The notes under the pieces: generated by a model
What the model was told of the DNA's origin: nothing
Databases searched by the model: none
Seen by the model: only the letters and a program-made list of their open reading frames with translations
Position numbers and translations under genes: made by a program
Shown: piece by piece, positions 12,291 to 23,901 of the stretch
Position numbering within the stretch: position 1 is the stretch's first letter
Layout of the letters: each line of letters starts with the position of its first letter
From: Vicugna vicugna
Taxonomy: Eukaryota
NCBI GenBank assembly: GCA_013265495.1
Contig: MU058289.1
Coordinates: 2,105,451 to 2,167,450, forward strand
Direction: 5' to 3'
Length of the DNA stretch: 62,000 nucleotides

Positions 12291-13102
12291 AGTGCTTTTA
12301 TTTATTTATTTTAAAGCCAGGTGAGATTCCTGTGTGTCTGGACGCTGGACGCTGAAAATGATCCTGAGGGGAGAATTGATGCTGGAGCAACTCGGTGTGG
12401 GGGCAGGGCTGGCCACTCCCAGGTGGAGGGGAAGCCTCAGGTGGGGGCAGTTGCTTGGAGGGTTCTGAGGCAGGTGGGCTTTGGGGAGTGGGGGCCGGGA
12501 GGCTAGGCAGTGTTTGCCTAGTGAAAAGGGAAGCCTGGGGTGGGGATGGGGTGGGGATATGGAGAGACACTGACCTGCTCTGCCAGGCCTGGCTCCGCCC
12601 AGCCTTCAGTCAGGTCTCAGCAGCTCACCCGTTGCTGGCTGCTCTACTTCAGGTCAGCACCCCAGTGGCTGCCACTCCCAGGTCCATCTTGCCATGGTTC
12701 CCCCTCGGTCACTTGGCATGTGCTAGCCTGGCCCAGCTTAGGGCCTGGTGCTTAGTGCCCTGGACGTGTGTGTGTGTGTGTGTTGGGGATAGGTGGGTGC
12801 CCGGCTCAAGTGAGGAACAGCCAGCCCAGGTCTGGGACTTGCAGAGAAGAGGGCAGCGTGCAGACACGTGGTTAGGGACCTAGTGTCATCTAGGCCAGAT
12901 CTCGCACAGATGGGAAGCTTCTTGTCAGCAGGTGTTGGGGAAGGGTGCGTCTCCACACCGTTGCAGGCTTTCCCTCCATGGCCTCACCGCCCCTGGTTAA
13001 ACAGACCCAGCTGTCCTTCATCCCCACTTTTGGTCCAGCACTCAGGAATAGGAGGGGAGGATGTGGTTGACGAGCCCCTGTTGTCTTTGGGTGGCCCAGT
13101 GA

Positions 13103-13483
<381 letters not shown>

Positions 13484-14284
13484 TGAGTGTGCACTGGGCC
13501 TCCTGTGAGCTGTCTGCTCCTTTCTAGCATTGGGGCTGGTGAGCCTGGACAACTCTGACCCTGGGGGACCCTGAAATGGCTCTCTGAAGGCAGGTCAAGG
13601 CCTGGGTCCCCAGGGAGCCCACATTCAGGGGGACAGAGCCCTCCCCGCTGTGGCTGGGGGCAGAGCTGTTGCCAGCCAGCCTCAGCTCTCTCAGGTCAGA
13701 GTACCGAGAGATGGTGTTCCTAGGGGAGCATTCAGGGAAGGCTTCATGGAGGAGGCAGTATTTGGTGTGGGCCCTGAAGACCAGCATGAATTCTTAAAGG
13801 TGTAGCTGAGGGTGGGTGTACCAGGTGGGGAGATGGCATCCACAGGCTTGACCTCAGAGAGTGGACCAGGCAGCTTTCCCTGGCCTGTGAGAGGTGCAGA
13901 TGGGGAGGGCTGAGTTCCTGGGGCCAGATTCTGCCACAGCAAGGAGGACAGGGGCTGCAGACATCCTGGGAGGAGAGGTGTGAGCAGGGCCTGAGCAGGA
14001 GTCGGGGGAATGGTAATCGGTCCCAGCTTGGCCAATGCTGACTCTGTGACCCTCACTGGGCTTTTGTTTCCCCACCTAGGAAATGGCCCAGGGGCTCCTC
14101 AAAGTACTGGAACCCTGTGGGGCGGCGGGTGGCCCAGCTGCAGGAAGCCAGCCTGGATGTGGTGGCCTCAGCTGAGAATTGCTGGCATCACTCAGTTCCC
14201 AAGAACAGGAACAAGGACATTGGACAGAGGGGCTCTTTTAGAAAACCAGGGAGGCCCTGAGCTGGCCCCTCTATTGATGCTAGT

Positions 14285-14400
14285 AAGGCATCCACTGTAC
14301 AGATGAGGAAACAGGCTCAGAGGGGAAATGACTTGCCGGAGGTTCAGTTGGGATTAATTAGAGCCCCATCGCCTGATTCCAAGTCTGGTGCCCAGAGCAG
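14285..14400 (-). mobile_element. MIR SINE
   Basis: tacagatgaggaaacaggctcagagggg...gacttgcc. Confidence 0.75.
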
Positions 14401-15257
14401 GGGTCTGACGTACTGGGAACTCCCTTGGGCAGGCAGAGCCTTGGGGACATGGCTGTCCAGCATCCCTGTTAGGGAGGAGGCAGGGGAACGGGAAGGGGAG
14501 CTGAGTGTGGAGAGTGGGTGGTAAGGCGTGGCCTCCTCAGCTGGGCAGCGTCCTCCCCGCAGGGCACAGACTGGCTGAGATCCACTGCTAACAGCCACTG
14601 CATGGTGTTTTCTATGGAAAGTGCCTCCTACTGGAGGGCTTCCCTCTGCCACAGCGTTCTTGCAGTCGCAAGCCCGCTGTCCCCGGCTTGCTAGAGATGT
14701 GGAGGTCTAAGTAAGTTTTCTTCCGACTAGCCTTGATGCTTCTTGAGGTTTCCATATTCTGTAGCTTAAAAACCGATCTCCTAAATTCAGCTCTTGGCTC
14801 CCTTACTGATGTTATGCAAGGTTAATTTTAGAAGAGAGCCTCCTCCACTTCGTACCTTTAAAACGCGGTTTTAGCTCCGTGTTTAATGCTAAACACTGAA
14901 GTCATCAGCTGCCCCGGGGGTGGGAAAGGAAGGAAGACGTCCTAAATGGGGGAATCCATTTCTGAGCAGACGTCCGGCCTAGGCGTCTAAGTCAAGGTGG
15001 CATCCTGCCAGCGTGCGGGCAGCGGGAATACTCAGAGAGCTGGGGTGGCAGGGGGGTGTGGGCAGGGTTGAGCCATACCTGTGGTGCTGGTGGGCACCCA
15101 TGTCCTAGCCTGCGCTGCCAGGCACCTGAGGGCTGATGAGGTAGGGGTGCGGCGTGAGGCTGGGTGGGGGTCAGTCTCTGAGAGGTGGGCAGCCTGAGCT
15201 GACTCTCTGAGATGCGGGAAGGAAGGCGCTCAGTCAGATGCCCCTCCTCTCTCCTAG

Positions 15258-15434
<177 letters not shown>

Positions 15435-15716
15435 TAAGGAGCACTCCGGGGCATGTGACCGTGCCTGCTGACCGCTGGCTGGTGGTGGGGGTTGGTGGGC
15501 AGTGCAAAGCCTGTGGGTGGCAAGGAGAGAAAGAGTAGTAGGAGGGAGGGTTAGTGGTCAGACCTGTTAAGGGCCTGCTCTGGTCCAGAGCCCTGAACCC
15601 TCGGGTAGGGGTTTCATAGCCAGAGCCACGGACTGTGGTCATGTTTGTTTTGAGGTACTATTTATTAATCTTGAAATTCCAGATTCCCAGCCTTGTTAAA
15701 ATACCCAAGGCTTCCA

Positions 15717-15804
15717 GGGAGGAGTATAGCTCAGTGGTAGAGCACATGCTTAGCATGCACGACATCCTGGGTTCAATCTTCTCTACCTCCATTAAAAAAA
15801 AAAA
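15717..15804 (+). mobile_element. tRNA-derived SINE, camelid Vic-1-like
   Basis: A box TAGCTCAGTGG, B-box-like GGTTCAATC, poly(A) tail; target-site duplication (TSD) AAAATACCCAAGGCTT (15698-15713) / AAAATACCTGAGGCTT (15801-15816). Confidence 0.85.
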
Positions 15805-17584
15805 TACCTGAGGCTTTGGCCCCTGTGGATGCATCACTCCTGCATGGCATGGATAGGAGGGGGCTCCTCCCTGAGTGTGGTGGGGTTGGCTCGGGTTAAG
15901 GAGAGAAGCCTGGGCCTGCACTCTGAGGTCCATCACTGATGTGTAGGGTGTAACTAGGTGCCTCCTTTGAGCCTGCCTCTGGGCTAAGCTAAGCAGGGCT
16001 GCAGATGTAGGCCCTGCCTCAGTTGGCCCATCTGGGAGACAGGGTCGTGCTCTAAGTTTGTGCTGTGTGAGAAGTGTGGGACCAGAGGCCTGAGTGCTGC
16101 TGAGCAGCTGCCTCCTCCATCATCCGTGGTGCCTGCCAGCTTCAGGGCCCATGGCCGTGTCTGCCCCTCCCAGGAGCCATTCCTGCCTGCTCAGAGGCAC
16201 TGAGATGGAAGCTGTACTTAACCAGGGATGCTTGAGATAATCAGAGGATCCCGCTAAAATCTCACCACCTTCCAGCTTCTCATTTCTGCCTGGAGAGTGC
16301 TTATTCTGGGCTGATGTATAAATTGCAGGCTTCACTGCCTCTTGGCCCCAAATGCTCATTACCAGGTGGCTGGCAGGTCTGTGGCTGGTTTGAATGAGAA
16401 GGCACTTGGCTGTGGCAGGGACCCCGCTCTGTGCAGAGACCTGGGGCATGGCCCCCCACACCTCCTCCTTTATGTGCTGCCCTGCCCCGCTGGCCCGTCA
16501 GTGCAAACGCCAAAGCCTCCTCTGTCAGCGTGGCATGTACCTCTCCTGCTGTCTCGGGTGGGGGGTTCAGCTCTCAAGTTGGTAACAGTTCTGCTTTGAG
16601 GATGCCTGGCAGGATCCTTGGCCCTGGCCTTCAGATTTGCTGTGAAGACTCAGCTTTAAGCAGAATTGGCAGCAGAAGAGAAGTGGGCTGTGCTTCCCTT
16701 GGTGGGCAGGGTGTTTTCCTGGCTTGGCCCTGGGGAGGAAAGGCGGGGAGTGGACCTGCCCCATCCAGCTGGCCTTTGGGATGAATGCCTGGGTGGCCAC
16801 TTAGGTTCTGGCTGCCTCGGAGGCTCCTGGGGCAGATGATGTAAACGTTTTCCTGTTGTGGAACGAGCAGACTCCCACTGGCCTCCATGCGGGGTGAGGG
16901 TGGACATGGACGGCTCGTGCTGCCTTCTTCCCAGAGGGAGGGGCGGGGCATTGGGCACGGCTGAGCTGGGACTCCGTGAGGGCCCTGTAGGCTCCACACT
17001 GCCCAGGCCTGGGTCGGGGTGTGGAGTGGAGGCCGGTGTGATAGATGTCCACTCTGTCCTCTGGACCTTCCTGTGCACTTTGCCACAGTGTGTCTTGTTC
17101 CTACAGAGAAGTTGGCTTCAGATTTGGCCTGGTGTGGGCTCTCCTCAGTGCCTACACCTTGGCCCCTCATCCTGCAGCATCAGCAGATCAGACCAGGAGA
17201 TGCGGGTGCTCCTGGGAAGGTGGCTCCCGCCTCACCCAACGCTTGCCTTCCCACCCTGTCGGGACCTTTTCTGTCAACCTTTATTTCTGTCTGAATCCTT
17301 ACAACGATGGCTATGTTTTAAAGAGGACATGGGCTCAGTGTGGTGGCATAGGCTGTGCAAGTCTCGTGGCCTGGTCTTGCTGGAAGCTGGCCTGACGGCT
17401 CTGCAGGCCTCTTCATGGAGCAGGTCTGGCCACCATCACGGCCTCTGATGTCCTATCTGTGGAACAGCCATGATGCTCCTCGTGAGGCATCGCCAGGGCT
17501 GTAGTCACAGCAGTGGTCACTGTGGGGTGGTTACATTTGTGACACTGAAATGAGATAATGAGGGTGCCGGGGACAGGCAGCTTG

Positions 17585-18017
17585 TAGTGTGCAGACGGCC
17601 CGCTATATTTATGGCCATTGCCTTTGGAGAGCTGGGATCGTCTCCCTCCTGCCTGACTCAGTCAGGACCGGGGTGCCTGCCCCGATGCATGACTGTGGCC
17701 GGGTCACTGTGTGGCTTCCGAGGCTAGACTGTAAAGTGCTCTATGGCTTGTACCTGGTTCTCCTTCCTGAGGTGCTCTCCCTCAAGCCCAGCTGCCATGT
17801 GGTGAGGAACCCAAACTTGCCCTTGCAGAGGGACCACGTGGAGAGGAGTGGAGCCCGGCTGACAACCAGCACCACCCACCAGAGCAGGCGATGCCGAGCC
17901 CCAGCCCTCCTGGGGCTCCGTCCTGAGCCCTGACCTTCAGAGTCCGTGAACGTGATACATGCCTTTTTACGTCCTTGCATGTCAGGGTGGTTTGTCAGGA
18001 AGCCCTGCTAACTGGAG
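17585..18017 (+). mobile_element. MaLR solo LTR (MLT1G/H-like)
   Basis: cccagctgccatgtggtgaggaacccaa...ccacgtggagagga and a 3' end gggtggtttgt...taactgga, typical of MLT1. Confidence 0.65.
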
Positions 18018-19781
18018 GAGTTCCCTGGTGAGAATTTAGATCTCGTCTTGGTAAGAGGATTCTCCCAGAGCCCTTCCTGCACCCTGAGATGGGTCACAGA
18101 GCTGTAGCCTCAGGCTTCCCTGCCAGTGGTGCGTCTGGGAGTAGCCGGGCCCCTGTGCCCTTTCAGCCTCCCCCTGGCCCTGCCTCCTGGCTCCAGGTGT
18201 GCTGAGATGCCCCACTACTTGGAGCCAGCACCACCGTCAGAGATGCCGCATCATGAGATGAGGGTGTGGATGTGAAGGGAGGGGCCGAGTAGGGCCTCAC
18301 CCAGAATTTCTGTTGGGAGGTGCGGGGCAGGGAGTAGGGGGCCCTGAGTGCACCACCTCTTTGGGCTGTGTTGCTTCTTACGCCAAGCTGGCTCTTTTGA
18401 GAAGTCAGGGAGTGCCTGTCCACAGTGGAGGATGGACATACTCCAGGGTTTGGGGCCCTGCCTGGAGGACTCCACTGTCCAGTGGGAAAACCTGAGCAAA
18501 TCCACCATCTGGGGAGCTGAATGGCACTTCACTCAAAAATGATTGATCAGGGAGCATCTGTTAGCAGTTGGCTATCCCGGGCATAATCTCCAATAATACA
18601 GGCATGCGTTCTGCACTTTGGCCATGGCTGGGTTTCAGAGCCGCTCTTAAAAGTTCTCCTTTAGTCTGTCCCTGCTTGGCCAGGGCAGCTGATTGTTTGG
18701 TGAGGACCTTTGAGGGTACAAATGGGTCTGCAGGGTAGGTCTCCTGGTTGGAAATCCTCCACGTAGGCTCTGGGCAGGCGCTGCAGTGTGTGTGATGTGC
18801 AGACCAAGCAGGCAGTTCCCACGGGGTGTTCCGGCTCCACTGCAGAGAGCTAGCCCCTTGTCTCCTGCAGACCTGGCTCCCTTCTGTGCCCACCCGCAGC
18901 GGGCCTTTCCCTCCCTCTCCTCTGGTGTGACCCTCTCCAGTCCCCACATCCTCAGCCTTCTGGAGAGAAGGCACGATGGAGACAGGGCAGTGGGTAGGGG
19001 GTTGGTTGTTCGCGAAGGCTTGGAATTGGGGAACGGCCAGGTCTGATGTGTGTAGCTGTTTCCAGACACTCGTAATCAATAGGGCGGGAGCCAGGCTGAT
19101 GGGGATTACCTGGCCTTTGCAGTCAAAACCCACCAGACTGAACATTTGACCTTCAGCTCCTCAGCTTCCTTTTGAGTCACTATCTGATGGCTTTTGAAAA
19201 TCCATCTGGCAGATACTGCAGTCCAAAGTCGCCCAGGGAAACAACACCCCCGTCTGCAGATCTGCCACTTCCTGTGTAAACAGCCTGTCCTGTTGTCAGG
19301 GCTGCAGACGCCGCCGAGGGGCCATGGGCAGCCTGCTGCCCGGCCTGTTCTCGCCCCAGGCCTTTCTGGGGATGGGCGTGTGGTAGCTTCTGATTTGTTT
19401 TTGTTTGGAGTCTGTGCTTGCAAAAGTCTGGTGCCTTTTTGATGTGGAAGTGTTTCCCATCATTTTTGTCAGGATCAGGCTCAGCCAATGGCAGTTTTGG
19501 CTGCCGGGATGTTGAGGGTCCTCTGAACAGGCGGGAAATTGTCTCTGTGATTCAAACCCTGGGCAGCTTTGGCGCCGACAGAGGGTGAGCGACTTTGGGC
19601 CAAGTTGGGGGACACTCCTAGAACCTTTGCAGCCTGGCTGCGTTCTGCTCTTGTCCAGGGCTGAGACCTCGGGTTTGGAATATGAGAGTGTGAATGGCCT
19701 GGGGTTTGCTGGGAGGAGGGGACTCTGTTCAGGGCTGAGGCCTTGAGGCCCCCAGCACTGTATTTTCTGGTATGGGAACCG

Positions 19782-20150
19782 ATGTGTGTGTGGTGTGTGG
19801 GGGTGAAGAGTGTGATGTGTTGTGTAGTATGTGTGTGCTGCGTGGTGCAGTGTGTGTGTACGTTTCTGCAGTGTGTGTGGTGTGTCTGCATGTGCAGTGT
19901 GGGGGGAGGATGTTGTGTGGGGAGGTGTATGGTATGTGTGGTGCAGTGCGTGTGGGGTGTGGTGTGTGTGGGAGTGTGTATGTGGGGGGTATGTGGTGTG
20001 GTGCCTTGTGTGTGATGTGTGTGTACATGGGGTGCAGTGTGATGTGTTTATGTAGGCTGTGGGGCGTGGGGTGTGTGTGGTGTGCTGTGTGTATGGTGTG
20101 GTTGTGGTGTGTATGTAGGTTGTGTATGTGAGGGGTGTGTGGGGTGTGAT
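19782..20150. repeat. GT-rich low-complexity tract (~370 nt)
   Basis: Degenerate (TG)n/(TGTGG)n sequence with very few A or C. Confidence 0.9.
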
Positions 20151-23100
20151 TTTCCATAGCCACTGCCCCCCACCCGGTACACACGTGGGTCACAGGACAC
20201 AGGCTGCCATGGCCTGCCTGGTGGCCTGGCCCTGGCTCCCTCTGTCTTCAAGGAGGGCATGGGGGGCACGGGTGAGGGGTGCAGGCCTCCCTGGAGGAGA
20301 GGGAATTCCTTTGGCTCTTCCCCGGGTGGTTTGTGGGGAGTCTGATCCCGGGCGGCCCGAGCCTGACTAGACATCTGCCGGAAAGCTCAGCCGGGCACCT
20401 CTCCCGGGCTCCTCTCCCGGGCTCCACCGACCTGGGCCTCCTCTCCATCACCTCTCCTTCCCGCGGGGCGGGTCTCCCACTGCCGGCCTCTCTGCGAAAG
20501 TCTGCCTCACCATCTCGATCATGGGAGCGGCCCCCAGGATCTGGCACCTGCGTAGCCTCAGACAGGTCTTGTTTTCTCTGACACGCTAATAGAACCAGGA
20601 AATGGTTGCTGACTTCATTCGCAAGTGCGGGGTGTTCTGCGGTGAGCAGGCTGAGAGGCAGCGGCATTGTCGGTAGCCGCCAGCAGACTCGGCCGCGGGA
20701 AATTGATGATGACGGCTGTCATTTGGCCCTATTACTTATTCATTAACCGCACGCAGGTGGTCAGCTAGCTGGGTAAGATGGTGCTTGGAAAGTTCGTTTT
20801 CTAGAGGGCTCCATCATGTCTGCACCGTGGGCATTAATTGAAAGTTTCCTTCTCCCAGGAGGCCCCGCACAGAGTGTTGGCACTCACTGCACTCACCCTG
20901 ACCGTGACTTCTGGGAAAGGCCTCCCCCACCTCCTGCCAGGCCCAGCTGCCCGTGGTGAAGGCCTGCATGGGCCGGGTGCCCGGACATGGGCTCCTCTGA
21001 GTGGGTCACTCCCTCCTCGCTCCTGCCAGAGCTGTCCTTCCATTGGAAGGGAGAGTTTCTGGGGTGGGGTCGGCTTCCCTGCTGACCCATCCTCTCCCGG
21101 TCGGTTGCTTCTACTTGGATCTCCCATATGACGGAATCTGGCACGAGCTGCCCTGCTGGACCCTGGACTCAAGTCGGGGCAGTGTAGCCCGTAGCCCTCT
21201 GCGTGGCCGCCGCCAGCCCGGCCCTCAGTGGGCACATAGCTGGCTGGTGACTTCCACAGCCTGCCCCTTCCCTAGTCAACCCGCCAGATCGTGGCTGCCA
21301 GGCCTCTGTCGGCTGGCTTGACATGGCACACTTATTATCCCTCAGAGTGACATTTAAATGATTTTTACTGTAATTGGCCCCGAAACATGAAAAATAAGTA
21401 CTATTCAAACTTAATTATCTCTGCCATTTAGAAAAAAAGGACACGCAAAGTGCCAGAGAGAGATGCTCACAGCTTTTCGGGTTGCATCTGTCAAATGGTT
21501 TCTCCTGTTGAGAACCAGGCCTGTGGCTCACTGGGCAGTTTGGGCCCATAAGGCCCAGTGTGTGCTCTGGACTGCGTCGTCTGACCTCGTTGAGGAGGGC
21601 AAAGGGCTTTTGGTGGGGCTGGCACCTGGGCTCACTTCCTCTCGGACATCGGGCTGGTAGCAGCTGGCTCTCGCATGGGCTGGCTGGCCCTTGCCCCTCC
21701 TTGGTTCTTGTAGGGAGTGAAATGGCTCTTGACTGCCTGATGAGGGTGGACAATTGAGCATAAATTGTCTCTCCCCATGGGGCCCCCACAGATCACAGCC
21801 ACCTTGTGTGCTCCCCTCCTTTGCCCTTCCTCCCCCCACCTCCTCTGGTTCCACCTTGTTTCGACCTTGATATCAGCCTGAATACACAGAGATGTTCCCA
21901 GGTCTCAAGTATCCTAGGTCTCTGCTGAGTACTGGTCACCAAGACTCCTGGGCAGGGCCGGCAGGAACACCTTCCTGCGGGGTCCCTCAGCAAGACGGCT
22001 TTGGTGAGCTGGGAGGGTTAGGGTCCCTGACGGGAGGGGAGGAGACAGGTTAGTGCCCAGGCTAATGGCCGAGACGCCCCTCTGTAGGGGTCATCAAGGC
22101 TGGCTCCTCCTGAATCTTTCAGGAGTTTACTTTTGATGCCTGTCGCAGCTGGAGGTGACGAAATGACTGGGAACCACAAGTGAACTGGGGACCTGGGCAT
22201 CGTCCTGGAGCTGGGCCTGGAGCAGGGCAGTCAGAGTGAACGTGGTGATGACGCTGATGGTCCTGCCTCTGGCCTTTCTGGCACATGCTTTTGTGCATGG
22301 CTGCAGGGTCAGCTCTGCTGAGAGTGTCACTGCTTGGTGGCAGAGGGTCAGCGAGCTCTCTGCTGTAAGCCCTGGAACCGGGGCCTCCAGTATCCAGGCA
22401 CAGTGCTTGTCATTAGTCCCTGCTCCATAGCTGCTTCAGGCTGTGCTAATGGAGGCGCCAGACTTTGGCCATTTAACTTTTGTATTTCAAACGAGGAAGC
22501 TAATGCAGCTAGATTGGTTGAATTTAATTAATGACAGGAGCTTGACACCCAGTGCCCGCTTCAGGGAAGCCAAATGGGAGATAAAACAAAAAGGGTTCTG
22601 GGGCACTGAGCCACCCATCACTGTGGACCGTGGTCTCCCCAGCCCGGCTCACCACCTGCGGCTGTGAGCTCCCTGTTGCTTGTCCCTGAGGCCCACCCGT
22701 CTGTCTTCCATTCTGTCCTCCTCTGTGCTTCCTGGCCACGATCCGGTCTGGGACGCTTGTTTGGGTATAGAGGGAAATGGTGCAGGGCTCAGAGAGGGAA
22801 GTGGGAATCTGTTTCGTGGTCATTGGTGTCGCAGAGGCACGTGGGGCCCACTCTCAGAGGTGCTCATCTCCAAGTCCCAATGCGTGCTCCCTCTCCTGTT
22901 CCCTCTGGGCCTCCCCAGGTACACTGTCCTTGGCACCTCTACCTCCCTGGCATCTGCTCACCCTGGAGAGCCCAGGAAGCATAGTCAGAAAGCCATCTGC
23001 TGTTTTCTCTGAGGCCTCTTTCGGATCTAACACTTGGTGACTAGAATACCATGCAATCATAGGCAGGACAGCGTAAATCCTCCCGTGCTGACGTGGTGCC

Positions 23101-23837
23101 CAGGCGTGGGATGGTGCAGGACGGTGTGTGTGCGTCACCACACTTGGCTTGGGCACCCTCCCCCCAGGCTACTAGTGCTCCTGATGCGAGCTGTGTCACC
23201 AGCAGTGACACTGACTCATCCTTTGACCAACAGGCTGGGGGGTAGGGGTGGTGCTACTTGGACCCACGGGATCCCTGCCCAGTGCAGCCGTGACCAGGTA
23301 AGATGGGCAAGGGCTGCCAGCCTCCTTCGCCCTGTGTCTTTGTGGTCTCATGGGCTGATTTTTCAGGGGTGATGAGTAAGCTTGAATTTTTCTCATCCCA
23401 GTGAGTAATACTGATACTGACTTCTTGAAAATGTTACATTTTAAACTTTCCTTTAAAGAAGCACCGTGGGGGCCTGGGAGGCAGCTTATTTCACGCCCTA
23501 AGGAGTGGGGTGTGCTGGCTGCCTGCCTGTTGGGCTCTCACTGACGGTGGAGGGAGGTTTGTCTGCAGCTGCGGCCGTAGGTAGCCAGGGTCACAGACTG
23601 GAAGGAGGAGCAGAGGTTGGCTGGGGGAGGTGGAGGGGGGAGGTGGGGTTCAGCGGTCACTCCCTGGCCAGTGCCCTTTGCCCCCCAAAGCCAGGTTGGG
23701 CAGACCGGCTGGGTGCCAGGTGCCGGCAGGAGCAGGGATGGGCCTGGGGCTTCATGGCCTGGGCTTTGGGGGAGAGGCAGCCTGGGCCCAGCCGTGGCCA
23801 AACCTTGACCCCAGCATTCCTTGTGCTTCCCTTTGAG

Positions 23838-23901
23838 GATCCACTCCAAGGAGCACTTCAAGGAGAAGTACGCCGTGGACGACGTCCAGTACTCAGATGA
23901 G
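23838..23901 (+). CDS. PEPD: PEPD exon 4 ([21 protein letters not shown])
   Basis: cttccctttgag|G ATC CAC TCC ... GAT GAG|gtcagt; 64 nt; the acceptor is GAG. Confidence 0.95.

Noticed and set aside
15717..15804. tRNA-like sequences (also at 53372, 56621, 58118) as functional tRNA genes
   Set aside because: Poly(A) tails, target-site duplications, indels and degraded stems mark them as SINEs.
19729..20193. His/Thr-rich and Cys/Val-rich ORFs (also 54294..54679)
   Set aside because: They are translations of GT/CA low-complexity sequence.
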